From the NCBI RefSeq assembly GCF_006345805.1, contig NC_042997.1:89776001-89840000 (forward strand): 64,000 bases of DNA, read 5' to 3'. Position 1 is the first letter of the stretch; each line of letters starts with the position of its first letter. This stretch comes from Octopus sinensis. Its lineage: Eukaryota. Below are positions 48,461 through 61,539 of the stretch, one piece after another. The notes below the pieces were generated by a model. The model was not told where the DNA came from. It was given only the letters and a program-made list of their open reading frames with translations, and did no database searches. A program made the position numbers and the translations under genes.

Positions 48461-48717
48461 TAGGCATAGATTGCATCTTAAAAATGATCACTAGTTTGGC
48501 ATGAAATCACTCACATACTCCAACCTCTGGCTTGTAAATGTGCTGTTTCCTCTCTTTACATTGTCTACAACATTGTTAATTTCTTGGAGCTAGCTGGTCT
48601 TGTTCATCCTACAATCAGGAATATTTAATTTTCCAGCCTCACAAACTCTTGCCATCATTTTTCTTCTTCACTCAGATCCTTCACTGACAGCTATTTCCAG
48701 TCCTTCAATGTCTCCTC

Positions 48718-48723
48718 CTACTC

Positions 48724-48769
<46 letters not shown>

Positions 48770-48868
48770 TACTACCACCACCACCACCACCACCACCACC
48801 ACTACCACCTCCACCACCACCACCACCACCACCACAACCGCCGCTGTTGCTGCCACCACCACCACCAT
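48718..48868. repeat. Compound (ACT)n-(ACC)n trinucleotide microsatellite
   Basis: Directly visible; explains the poly-Thr, poly-Val and poly-Gly ORFs. Confidence 0.95.
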
Positions 48869-49025
48869 TAGTTTTTCTTGCAGCTGCCAACTTGTAACTC
48901 AAGAGGAGTTTAACTGTGTCAAAGTTTTTGTAACTCAAGAGGAGTTTAACTGTGTTAAAGTTTTTGGTCTTGGAGAGTCTGCAAAGGTTGTTTGTTCAGC
49001 TTTTTCGACTATGCCAATATATATA

Positions 49026-49889
49026 CAGGGTGTGGTGAATAAACTATTATCTAAATTATGCAAAAAGGAAAATGAGACTGACATCTCATTTTAACAGATA
49101 TATATATATATATATATACCAAAATTACATAGAATTATCTTGAAATACTAAAGAGTAAATTTATTCAATAAAATCGCCATTGGCTTCAACCATTACCTCC
49201 AGACAACTTCAGCATCTCCTGCAACTCTTCTGGACGGTCTTCTTGTTTAAGTGAATGCTGCCATAATCCTTACCTTCAGTTCATCTTTGGTGTTACAAGA
49301 AATTTTGCTGGTCTCTCACGCAACTATGCCCAACACATGATAATCAAAGGGGTTGTAGTCTGGGAAGTTAGGCAGCAAGATGTTAGGGGTGATGTGGTCA
49401 CAGAAATTGTCTGACAACCATGACTGAGTTCTCCTGCTCGTGTGGCATGGTGCAGAGTCATAAGGTCTTCCAGCAGCTACCCTCTTGACCCAGGTCAGTG
49501 CTATCTCCTCCAGGCACATGATGTAAGCCTCTGTGTTGAGTCTGAGGCCGTGTGGAAAGATGAATGAAAGCATAACGTCACCATCACTAGTGATCACTCC
49601 AAACACCATTATATTGACTGTATGTTTGACTTCTATCACTCTAGGTATATATCCTCAGATTGACACCCAAACACTCTAAAATTTTCATATTGGAGCTTCT
49701 GGAATGAATGCCAAGCAGTACAGCATGTCGTTTTCAAATTTCTGGCAGAGTGAATTTCCTCATGGTGCTGTTTTTTCTCAGAGACAGTGCCCAACTGACC
49801 CTACTATACTGTGTAGTCAATAAAATAAAAAACAAACAATGCACATGCGAGAAATTGAAAATGTAAAATGGCGACAATTTATCCATCAC

Positions 49890-49893
<4 letters not shown>
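49026..49893 (-). mobile_element. Deleted Tc1/mariner element of the maT (DD37D) type
   Basis: Reads IMVFGVITSDGDVM..FIFPHGLRLNTEAY...DSAPCHTSRRTQSWLSDNFCDHITPNILLPNFPDYNPFDY, with 37 residues between the two Asp. Degenerate TIRs cagggtgtggtgaataaa / rc cagtgtgatggataaa, with TA on the left. Confidence 0.8.
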
Positions 49894-49929
<36 letters not shown>

Positions 49930-49934
49930 GGTAA

Positions 49935-50200
49935 GGCTGTTGGTTGTGGCATCTGTCAATACAGAATAGCGCGGTGGCTTTTCCCCTGGATGGGTGATTT
50001 GTCCACGAAAGCTTGAGGCCCCACAATTGTACGTTGACCCTCACCTCGCCCAAGGTGGACAAGTGTTAATGTGTGGGCATGCAGTGAACCACTGTTAGTG
50101 GACCAATACTGCACCACACCAATTATAGCCGCACCCGGTGATGGTTAGATGAATCCGGCAAGCATGCAGCCTCTGGTGCAAGGTGGCACCATCCACTCGA
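49935..50200 (+). mobile_element. Probable Gypsy/Ty3 integrase core fragment
   Basis: GC- and CpG-rich island. Across frameshifts it reads RW..P.MGDLST, HL.QGGQ, NVWAC..LLGTKLHHT, G.V, matching the motif order of a Gypsy integrase core. Confidence 0.45.
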
Positions 50201-50259
50201 ATATACCGGGTGTTTAGGTGAGGTCCACGAAAATAAAACAATCGTATATATGTAAGTGT

Positions 50260-50775
50260 ATGTGTGTGTCTGTGTTTGTCCCTCACCACTGCTGTTGGTT
50301 TATTGACATCCCTACAACTTACTGGTTTGACAAGAAGAGACTGATAGAATAAGTACCAGGCATATCAAAATTAAAAAAGGCACGGGGGGGGGGTCAATTC
50401 ATCCGACAAAATTCTTCAAGGCAGTGTCCCATATTTTTGTTTGTCCACTCAGTTGTGTCTATCAGTCTGTGTGTGTGTGTGTGTGTGTGTATATATAATT
50501 CACACACACACGTATGTATGTGTCCACATTTATATCTATTAGATAAATGTTAATGTCTTTATGTGTGTTCATGTGACTGCTACTGCTTGGCAACTGGTGT
50601 TAGTGTATTTATGCCCCCATAACTTGGTAGTTCAGCAAATGTGTTCAATAGAGTAAGTACCAGGCTCAGCAAGAAACAAGTACTGGGGTTGATTCATTTG
50701 ACTTAAATTTTTTTCAAGGTGGTGGCCCAGCATTGCTGCAGTCTAATGACCGAAACAAGTAAAAGACAAAGATAA
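50260..50775 (+). mobile_element. Two SINE family B 3' halves
   Basis: gatagaataagtaccagg...ggggtcaattc/gttgattc...aaggtggtggcccagcattgctgcagtctaatgaccgaaac. Confidence 0.6.
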
Positions 50776-52693
50776 TCCTTGCTTTGATTGTATTGCTCAT
50801 ACTTTGTATATATATATATACATTCCAAAGAAATGGGTGAGTTACAAACATGTGGAGTTCTCATGTTATTTCTAGACTGTCTGTAACTAACTATACCATG
50901 CCACAGCCTTTATGGTAGAAAGAAAGAAACAATAATTCAATATGCTTCAGTCCTTTATGCAAAAAACAGAAAGCAAAACAATATAAACTGCTTATAAATA
51001 AGACAGTATTAAGTACTTATGAATAAGTATATTTTGGGCAATTTGTATGCATCTTACAGTAATTTGCCTACAGTGAAGTTTCTTTACATTCCTTATAGAT
51101 TTGTTGGAATAACTAGCTAACCTTTAAATGAAAGTTGACACTGAATAGTTTTATAACTATTTGCTCCAGACTAATATTAGTTTAACCTCATGACTTTTGG
51201 TCAGTAGTAATCCTCTTCATTGAGCTCACATAACATGTTTTTCTTTTCCTTCTCTCTCTCTCTCTTTCTCACACACACACTTTTTTTAATACGTAGTTGT
51301 GACCCAATTTCTTTGCATAATTAATTTACCATGTCTGAGAGAAGTAGTGTATTGTAGTTTGTTTGGTTTTTGTCTAGTTTATGTTCTGTAGTTTCTTTTT
51401 CTTTTTTTAATTAGAATCTTTCTTGTAAAGGAATAACAAAAATAGCTTTACATTCACATAGTTGCAACATTTTTATTACACCAAATAGAGACATTTTTTT
51501 AAGGGTTTTTCCTTTCCTTTTTTTTTCTCTCAGAAAAATGTATTTGTCTTCTGCACCATCTGGAAGTCAGCTCATTGCAGTAACATTTGTAACTATTATT
51601 TATTATAGGTCATAAGTTGAAAGTTGGTTCATTGTAGTAACATGAAGTTGTACTGTTTGCTGAAGGTGATACACTTTCAGTGTAACTTGACTTCCTTTAC
51701 TGCTTCATGTCTATTTTTCAATGCCACTCTGGCTGGAATGGACCCCCCCCCACTTTCTCTGCAAATTCAGGTATTTGCTTATTTTTGAGAGCAATTTGTT
51801 TTAACAAATGAATAATCTTTGTTGAACAGTAACTTCTTAACCTTACTGTTATTGTGCTTTATTGGGGTTTTAGTTTTAAATATTTTTTTTTGTGTTACAT
51901 TGTAGGTATATAAAAGTGACTCATGAATAATATTTTTAAGAGTTTGTAAGTTATACTGATCTGATATATAGATGTATACATGCATGTATGTATACATACA
52001 CACAGCTGTCTACGTAAAGGAGTTTCTCTGTTTTCACAGATTAACCTTTGGGGGCATTATGAAATGCTTACTTTCTGGTAGACTGCTCAAAAGTCTCTTT
52101 CTAATTTTTAGGACTGGAAAACTTGTGGAAGTACTTTCCATATGCTTGGATTATGATCTTCATAGTCAAAGATTAGGGGCATTAGATTTACAAAAGTATA
52201 TCATATAGGTGCAAATATCACAAATGCTTTCCAAATGTCAAAATTCAATGATTGATAATGCATTCCCTGACTTAAGATAAAAATACTGTGTGCATGTGTG
52301 TGTGCATGTGTTAGTGTTCATGCACACACGTACATGCATTTTTAAATGTAAATAAATCAGAAGGCGGCATGCAAAAGCTGACAATATGCAATTTTTGTTC
52401 AAAGGTTTTCCAGTTTGTTGATTTTGTCATTCATCATCGAATAGGCTGTGTGCAAATGATATCCAGTAGTTTCCCTAAATCAATGCTTTCAGGGTATAGC
52501 ACTAAATTTCGGAATGTGTTTAGTTAGATGATGTTGCTATGCATTTGTAGTATCTGTAATTTATCCTAGCACATTACTCAAAATATTCATGTTGTATAAA
52601 CCTACACTAATATGACAGAAATAAATGTTACAAAGAGAAAAAAAATTGAATACTATTTTTCTGGAATATTAATTTGTTTTGTATTTCTTGTAG

Positions 52694-52753
52694 GTAGAGA
52701 GTGACAGGCATGGGAGCTACAGATGAGCAAATGGCGGAGCCAGGAGCTATCAC
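52694..52753 (+). CDS. Candidate short exon of an unidentified host gene, possibly containing the start codon
   Basis: ttcttgtag|GTAGAG...CTATCAC|gtaagt. Purine/GC-rich 60 nt in AT-rich, non-repeat flanks. ATG 52710 (ggcATGg) gives MGATDEQMAEPGAI(T); ATG 52723 gives MSKWRSQELS. Confidence 0.5.
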
Positions 52754-53029
52754 GTAAGTACATTGAATTACACTTTAAATTTAGATAATCTTTTATTTGG
52801 ATGAAATCCATGCTGTAATTGCAATATATTAACCATTTCCTTTTGTATGTGACTGCTGAATCGATTGTTAATTTCTAGGTAATTGCATTTGAAAATAGTT
52901 AATGGTTGGAACAGTTTATTCATTTCTTCATGTTAACTGCTTGGAATAGTTTCAAAACATCAAAAAAACATGAACTGCCACCATTGTTTATCAGTAATCT
53001 AATTGTCCTCTTTTGAATTTGACATTTAA

Positions 53030-53600
53030 CCCTTTTTGATACCATCTCACTTGAGATCACCCCTGGTTTTATGATATAAACATCCTGTTTTAAAGTGACC
53101 TAAATCAGAAACTTCCATAAGAATTTCATGTTGTTCCACCTTAATAATGTCAAAGTTATTTAGGTAAATTCTTCAGTATTCGGTGCTTTCATGACTGGGT
53201 GGTTAAGAAACTCACTTTGCAACCATGTAGTTTTGGGTTCAGTCACACTACATGGCACCTAGAGCAAGTACTTTCTACTATGGCCCCAGAATAAGTAATG
53301 TCTTGGGAGTGAAATACATGTATGTGTGTGTCTTCACGAGTCTGTTTGTTTCCCCTCACCTCATTTCTCAACAACTGATGTTGGTTTGTTTATATCCCTG
53401 TAACTTTGCAGTTTGGTGAAAAAAGATCAATAGAATAAGTACCAGTTTTAAAAATAAGTATTGGGATCAATCTGATTAAAACCCTTCAGTGCAATGCCCT
53501 AGCATAGCCACAGTCCAATGACTGAAACAAGTAAAAGATAGAATATTTTCAAAATTAATTGTAGACAGTATAGTTCGTTAAAAATATGGCAATGAAAGGG
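53030..53600. mobile_element. piggyBac-like MITE, family 2, interrupted by a SINE (~53190-53540)
   Basis: TTAA|CCCTTTTTGATACC...GAAAGGG|tgaa; reverse-complement similarity to 62647-62870. Confidence 0.55.
53190..53540 (+). mobile_element. SINE family B, inserted in a piggyBac-like MITE
   Basis: Full head-to-tail match; stem-loop CAGTC-CAAT-GACTG at 53511-53524. Confidence 0.7.
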
Positions 53601-53889
53601 TGAATCCTCATTATCATCTTCATCATTGCTATCATTTTAAGCTATTGTTTCATGGTTTTATGGAATTTATATAGTATTGCCACTTATCCCAGTCTTTTGT
53701 TGTCTCTTCTGTATGTCCAGTATCTCAAGATCCAAATTTACCATGTCTTTTTACATATTCTTTGGTCTCCCTTGAGTACTCTTCTTCACTATTGTATCAC
53801 GTTCAGCCTATATTTACTTTGTCAGCACTAATACTGTCACCTCTCTTGCACATCTTGAATGATGCTTTAATGCCTTGGCACTCAATCAG

Positions 53890-54225
53890 CTTAGTAAAAG
53901 ACCCCCTTTGGTCATGAATGACCATGGGATTGCATTTAGAAAGTTCCCCTCTGAGGCACAAGTCCAGGCAAGGTTGTTTATGGAAGACCAGCAGTCACCC
54001 ATGCATACCAGCCTCCCCTTTCTATGCCACTGATGTTATCCAAGAGAATGGTGAAGGCTGATACAGCTTGGCACCAGTAACATCGTAACGCATTTCTACA
54101 GATGAGTGAGCTGGAGCACTGTGAAATAAAGTGACTTGCTCAAGAACACAACACACATCCTGGTCCATGAATCGAACTCACTACCTCATGACTGTGAGCC
54201 CATTGCTCTAACCACTGAGCCATGC
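53890..54225 (-). mobile_element. SINE family C
   Basis: Closely matches ~3515-3848 (aagacccc...atgaatgaccatgggattgca...gaggcacaagtcc). Confidence 0.7.
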
Positions 54226-54579
54226 CACACAACGCATCACATACTCATGCACACACACAAACACCTTCCTCCCTTCCTCTGTTTCTGCAAAGCTTTGATA
54301 TTCATTTCTCATTATCATGTAGTGCAGTTTCCGTCTAGCTTTTTAATGAAGAGGGTAACTTTTTTTTGCCAACAAAGTCCAGAACTCTACAAGCTTCTGT
54401 CATCCCACTACCAATAATGTTTTCACTACAACTATCTCTTGTAAGTAATTAAATCCCGGTGACAGGAAATACCAACAATATCTAACAAGTCATTTGTACA
54501 GTTCATGAAAATAGGTGCAAGTGTGACTGTGCATGCACAGGCACGACTGTGCGGGCATAGCTGAGCAGGTGGAAACATG

Positions 54580-54970
54580 TCTGTGTGGTTAGAAGCTTAC
54601 TTCCGAACCACATGGTTCTAAGTTCAGTCCCACTACATGATACCTCCGGCAAGTGTCTTCTACTATAGCCTCAGGCAGATCAAAGTCTTGTGAGTAGATT
54701 TGGTAGACAGAAACTGAAAGGAGCCCATTGAATGTGTGTGTGTGTGTGTGTGTTTATTCATATGTGTGTCTGTGTTTGTCCCTCCACCTTTGCTTGAAAA
54801 CCAATGCTGGTGTGTTTATGTTCCCATAACTTAGTGGTTCAACAAAAGAGACCAATAGAATAAGTACTAGGCTTATAAAGAATAAGTCCTGGGGTCGATT
54901 TCTTTGACTAAAACTATTAAGGTGGTGCTCCAACATGGTTGCAGTCAAATGACTAAAACAAGTAAAAGAA
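54580..54970 (+). mobile_element. SINE family B
   Basis: Full head-to-tail match. Confidence 0.75.
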
Positions 54971-56856
54971 TAGTTTAATGCATTTTCCTACTGCTGATAA
55001 CCACAGTGCATCAGTCATAGCTGAAGTTCTATTCCCAGTCAACGTGACAAATATATCTCACTATGAATTTATGTAACCATTGCTTGCACTGGGTACACAG
55101 TACCCTAAATGTCTACCTACTTCTTTTCAGGAAATTCAACAAGGTTAATTCCCAAATAATATCAGGATTTTATTTCTTCTTTTGAATACTTTGATCTTGT
55201 TGAAGTTAAAGAGGTCTTTAAACTCTAGGCTGTGCATCTAGTGTTAGAGATTTTGATGAAACTCTTGTGATAGATTCTGCTATGAGACTTAAGCCATCAA
55301 ACATATAAAGGAATTAATGTCTTATTGTTTTATGTAGATAAGTTAACTGGATAATCTCTTTCCATTGCATATTTTTCATAGCTTGATGTTTCTTTGTTTC
55401 CAAGATATTCCAGTATTATCTTAAATTGTTCATAGGCCAATGTTGCAAAATATTTTCTAATTTTTGAAAAGAGATGGGGGAAAAAAAAAAAGAAGGTAAA
55501 TTTTATCTTTCCTCATGTCTATTTTGCCACACAAATATGTTTCAATTTCTGATTCAAACAGCAATATCTGAATTTGTCAACATATTGTTGTTCATTATTC
55601 ATCTCAGCATGTTCTGCTTGTAAATACATCTTCCACACACTTTCAGCTCTCTGTCAAAAATTATGCTTTAAAAATTCTATATTCCCGAATAAAATATTTC
55701 TGTAATGATGATATAATGGGAATCTATAAACTTATCTGTTAAAGAATGCTTGAATGGATTGGTTATATACAATACTTGACAGAAATATAAAATGTTTATT
55801 GGAGATAGCTGCATTTTGAATCTATCCAATTTCTACAATAGAAGCTGTTCAGTAACCATTGTTATTGCTTTCAGTTTGTTCTCAGTATAATACAATCATA
55901 TGATATCTGTAAATTACACTGGTCAACAAAATAGACTTTTTTCTTTCATTAGAAATAAAATTAGCCTTTTCTGAATGTGTTTTCGATGCTATTCCAAATT
56001 TATCTTTTATTTTTTTTTTATACATTAGCTAGTGTAATAATGCATTAATTTTACTTTTTAGGTTTTTTCTCAATTTTCTCAATGCTTATATCTATTAAAT
56101 AACGGTTTATACAAAGTTTGTTTATTGCTCTAACTGAAATACTGAATACACTTGATTATTTCATGCATAATTAATTTTATCCAATTTTTGTATCATTGAT
56201 TTAATTAGATGCACAAGAATATACTAGCTTTTGAAAGTGTTAGGAATATATTTTCTCTCATAAACTTTGTGTGTCGTATTACATTGCAGCATCTATTTAT
56301 TATTCTTAAATCTCTAATATCATGTTTCTTTTGCATAAATATCTTCTTAGTTTCTCCTTGCTTATTGTTTACTATACCAAGGCCTACACTTTTGCTTTTA
56401 TGCCCACTTTTCCTTGCTTGCATGGGTCAGATGGAATTCATCAAGACTGATTTTCTGTGACTGGATGCACTTCCTGTCACCAATCCTCACCTGTTTCTAA
56501 GTAAGGTAATATTTCTCTCAGGCTGGACATGTTTTTCATGGAATATTTGAAATGAATGACACTGATTGAATGATGGTGATGGTTACTTAATACTATTGTG
56601 TGATGTCAATACAAGAAGACACAAACACTCATCCATATCCATGTACATGTACACAATATGAACTTCTTTTAGTCTTCATCTACCAAATCCACTCACAAAG
56701 CTTTAGTTGGTCTAGGGTTGTAGTAGAAGACATTTGCCCAAAGTGCTACTCGATGGCATTGAACCAGAAACCATAAAGTTGGAAATGCACCTTTCTAGAA
56801 AGAAATCTAAAGGAAATATATTTTAAACATCATCTATCTGTCCATTTCTTTATTAG

Positions 56857-56912
56857 CATTAAGGAATATCTCAACTCCACTTCGGCATGCAGGGAATGCC
56901 CTGCATACAGAA
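56857..56912 (+). CDS. Candidate short exon of the same gene
   Basis: catttctttattag|CATTAAG...ATACAGAA|gtgagt, 56 nt. Splices in frame to 52753 in two frames (IKEYLNSTSACRECPAYR or PLRNISTPLRHAGNALHTE). Confidence 0.45.
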
Positions 56913-57289
56913 GTGAGTATTTATTAATTCTTAAAAAATTTACACATAACCATTTAAAGACTGGTTTATCTTTTAATTTCAGTATATTGGGGGTTAGTTC
57001 AAATTTGATATCTTTTAAAATATTTATCCAACATAAATTCATTCCTTTTATTTTGCTGTAATCTTTATTTGTGAACTTTTTTGTAAAGTAACAAAATCCA
57101 CTTGAATTGACTTATAAGTAGATCTGCCTTAAGAACATTTTTCCTTAAACTAAATTTCAAATGGAGAAGTGGTAGAAATATGTTTTTGTGGTCATCTAAA
57201 TGGATAGATAAGCCACTGTTCATTCTTGGGACATATGTTGATCTTAATATCCAGTCGCATTTGATATGGTAATATGATTGCATGATTAT

Positions 57290-57500
57290 AAGGTGATGAA
57301 CTGACAGAATTGTTAGCACACTTGGCAAAATGTTTTGCAGCATTTTGTCCATCTTCACATTCTGAATTCAAATTCAGCTGAGGTTGAGTTTACCTTTCAT
57401 CCCTTTGTGGTTGATAAAATAAGTACCGGTAGAACACTGGGGTTGACATAACTGACTTACCCCTCCCCTGTCCCTGCACCAAAATTTGGAACCAATATGG
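57290..57500 (+). mobile_element. SINE family A
   Basis: Plus-orientation consensus match. Confidence 0.65.
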
Positions 57501-58599
57501 TAGCATGATTATCCATAAGCATATGGAGCAATAGTATTTTGAAATTCTTACTTGTGTACCCATTAACATACCCATAACTTTGATATTTTCACAGAGAATC
57601 CATTGATGAACACAATATTAATTGATATCAAGCAGTGTATACTTGTTACTTTGGCTCTTTTTTTGGTGGACAGGATGGGTAGTAGGAATGCATGGCTCTA
57701 CATTCTTACTGGGCATTAGAAATGCTTTCAAGCTTCTTTGTAACAAACTAATGAAGAGGTACTACTAGTCAGGTGCAACCTGAATCTGAGACAAGTTTGC
57801 GAATCATCTATTATAAAGCATGTTGCCAAATTGGTATTTCATTTATGTTTATGACTCAACTTGCACATTCTTGTCAAGTAGATTAGTTTTGAGATTAGAA
57901 ACTCAGTCTTCTCTTTTGACTTTGATAAGACTCTGTTAAGATTGTTCAAATGTTCTTGAGGAAATAATCATAGCTCCAAATTTTTTTGTCAGGTGTGTAT
58001 TCAGGATCTGTAGAAGGTCCAAGCATTTCACCAGTCACTCCCTTGTCCCTGGCTGTTTCATCATCTTGGAGAAAGGGAATGGACATCGAATGAGCATTGG
58101 GAGTAAAGGGAATGGACATTGAGGAGGTGGAGTGAGTGGGTGTTGGGGGAAAGGGAATAGCATTGCTTCATTATGGTACACAGGTTTATGTGCTGAAAAC
58201 AGGTTTAGCTTGACAATCTTGTGTTTACTCTTTGTAGACAGCCTGATTATATTAGAACTACCAAAATAGCAATCAGTATAATCATTTCTTTTTTCTCTCC
58301 CTATATTATGGGTATGGTAAAACACATTGTTCACTTCTTTGTACAACTAATCATGCAGTCCACTTGAACAAGCAGAGCCAATTTAATGTAGTGTCTGTTG
58401 TTTACCATGGTCACTTATACAACAACCAAAGTATACCTGGCATATTTTCATAAGACCCAGGGTGGTAAATGAAAGAAAAGGGTTTGGATGGTTTTTACAT
58501 TCATAGAGCACATAAATGGTAAGGATCTAAGCAAATATTCTGAAAACAAAAAATATTACGAATATAATTATAAAAAACAAAAAAGGCACAAGCATTGCT

Positions 58600-58940
58600 G
58601 TGTCGTTAAGAAGCTGGCTTTTCAACTATGTGATTTTAGATTCAATCCCACTACATGGCACCTTGAGCAAGTGTCTCCTGCTATAACCTCAGGCCAACTA
58701 ATGCCATGCGAGTGAAGTTGGTAAATGGAAATTGTGTGGAAACCTGTCGTTTGTCATACAGACTCCCATCACAGTCAGTGTTTACATCCTTATAACTTAG
58801 TGGTTTAGCAAAAGAGATTGATGGAATAAATACAAGACTTAAAAAAAGATCATATGTACTGGGACTGATTTGTTTAACTAAAACCCTTCAAAGTGGTGTC
58901 CCAGCTTGGCTATAGTCTATTGATTAAAACAAGTAAAAGG
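58600..58940 (+). mobile_element. SINE family B
   Basis: Full head-to-tail match. Confidence 0.7.
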
Positions 58941-59933
58941 TAGTCTCATCTGAAAAACTATACATAATTCTTAAAAATTAATGATAGTTTTGAAATTAGC
59001 ATCAGAATTGCTCTTTAGATGATACAGAACTGTCTTCAGAAATTCTTTGTTAGCCAGTATTATCTCTAAAACTATTTAGAATCTTATTTGCCTACAAGTC
59101 TTGTTTACATTCTTTAAATTTAATGTAATTAAAAATAAAATAAATAAAATAAATTTTATATTACAGAAAAAAATGACTGCAGTTTTAGTTTTCTTTAATG
59201 GATAAAAATATTTATCTTCAAATTCAACTCCAAAATTCTACATATCCCTTAATCTGTGAAATTAAATTTCATGGTTATTCCAGTAATGATGTTAAATATC
59301 TACCAAAAGATAGAATTGGTATTTTCTACAAGTCCCATTGCCTTGATAAACTTGACATATCTCAACAAAAAATAGTTTCAAATATGGCATTCTTCAACAA
59401 AAGTTAAAAGTAATGAAATTTTTAGTGGATACGGCATTTTCTGCTGTAAATCATTCTTACATTTGTTATGTTTATATAAAACTTTATGTAAATATAAAAC
59501 TATTTAAGTTGGACTTGTCATGTGCCAAAAAGTTTAGAGCATTTTAGAAATAAGGTTAAATTTCTAGTAGCTGCTTTGTATTCCAGCTAATGCACTTCCA
59601 TAACTTTTACCTTCTAATCCAACCACTTGTCCTAGATACATGATCTTTGCAAACTATTCAACTATTTCTAGTGGCTGATTGGTTGGCTATCAAAAGTTGA
59701 TTGTACATAGATTTACTTGATTAGTTCCATTGGTTTAATCAAATATATTTGTGTTGTCATTAGATCTCCATAGAAATTCCAATTTATTTATTACAGTGAA
59801 AGGTTGTTGGTTTTAACTCTTTAGCTATTCTCAACTTTAAATGATTACCTTTCAGCTTCGAGCAATAATCTAGACTTACAGCGCATTATCTTCTGGTACT
59901 CTCTGTAAAGGGAGAGATTATTTTATGGGATCT

Positions 59934-59937
<4 letters not shown>

Positions 59938-59998
<61 letters not shown>
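59938..59998. repeat. Compound (CT)n(AT)n microsatellite
   Basis: Directly visible. Confidence 0.95.
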
Positions 59999-60000
<2 letters not shown>

Positions 60001-61539
60001 ATAATCTCTGTTGTTAATTCCAGCTATTATAGCTTCACTTTATTTAATTGTTTAATTTAATAACTTAAATACCCAAATATTTATCATTGCCTTTGGTAGT
60101 AATTATGAAGTGATGAAAGCGTTTTTCATTTATCCTATTTTATTTTACTATTTTATATTTATTTCTTTATGTCAGCATGGTTAGAATGATTTTTGTTGAA
60201 TGCCCTTCACATTTCTAATCAATCAACAATAATTATATTTAACTTATGAAAGTGCCGCTGTACAGTCACTTGGTTTGCCAGAAATGAAAATACAGCAAGT
60301 CTTTCAATCATCCTTCACATGTAGTACCACAGCCTGTAGGCTCCCTTTGCCTCTCATCTTCAGGATTATTAGCTTCCTGTCAGATTTCATCATTGCAGCA
60401 TGAACTATGCAGCTCTCTCTGATCCACAGTCTATCCAGCCTGGTGTTCTTCAAGGTTCCATGCACACACACATACACATGTGTACATGCAACAGGTTTCT
60501 ACACACTTTCTGTCCATCAAATTCACTCGCAATGCATTGGTTGACCTGGAGCAATATGAAAAGACTTTTGCCCAAGATGCCATGCAGTGGAGCAGTTGGA
60601 TGAATATGTATTGTTTTTCAAGTAATGGCCTTTTTTATATTCCATTTTTCTTTGAAATTGCAGAGTTACTGGTTAAATTGTTAGGAGGGGATGTCAGCCA
60701 TGCTGTCATTTTTTTTTGTTTTTTTGCTCAACACATGCAAGGATGCAGAATATAAACATTCACACTAACCCTAAAATACATACATTTATATATACATACA
60801 TACATTTATACACATATATACTCACACAACTTCGATACAGTTTCTATCTGCTCCTTTCATTCTCAAAGCAGTGGTTGGCCCAAAGTGATAGTAGAAGACA
60901 CTTCTCAAGGTTCCACATAGTTAGATAGAACTGTGCCTAGAAACATGCATGCAAAGATCCTCCTATCTGCCTACTGTTTGTTTGCTTAATGTTCAGTCTC
61001 CTATGTAAGCATGACTTGGATAAGAATTGATGTTGAGGCAGGATCTTATAGCTCTTTACACTCCCTATTGCCAACCCTCACCTGTTTTTCAAGTAGGTGA
61101 TTTTTTAAAATATCAAACAGGTCCTCAAAAGGACAGAGCAATGGCTGTAATGTCAACAAGGAATGTCAACATCAGCTCCACGTTACTGAAATGATGACAA
61201 AGTAAAATATCAACATTCAAGCCCGCGCGCACACACACACACACACAGTTTCTATCTGCCAAATTCACTCTCTAATCATTTGTCTGCTAAGGCCCATAGA
61301 AGACAGCACTTGTCCAAGATGGCATGCAATGGAAATGAACCTGACACTACAGAAATGTTACTTGATGCTTCTAAAATGTGGAGCAGAATGTAATGTTTTC
61401 AAAATGTTTTCTGCTGTAATTAGTGTAATTAGTGCTCTATGCATGATAAAAAAAAATGGTAATATTAGTAACTGAAGTATATGCTTTTAATTATTTTCTT
61501 TTAATTAATTGGAGGAAGAGGGTTAGCATCCACAATCTT

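Noticed and set aside
48892-48963. 36-bp direct repeats resembling CRISPR repeats
   Set aside because: Only two adjacent copies with no spacer, in a eukaryotic context with no cas genes.
48600-49094. Poly-Thr, poly-Val and poly-Gly ORFs (mucin-like)
   Set aside because: Produced by the (ACT)n(ACC)n microsatellite; no splice or signal evidence.
55151-55163. Possible 13-nt microexon cttcttttcag|GAAATTCAACAAG|gttaat (position approximate)
   Set aside because: Weak donor and no independent support.
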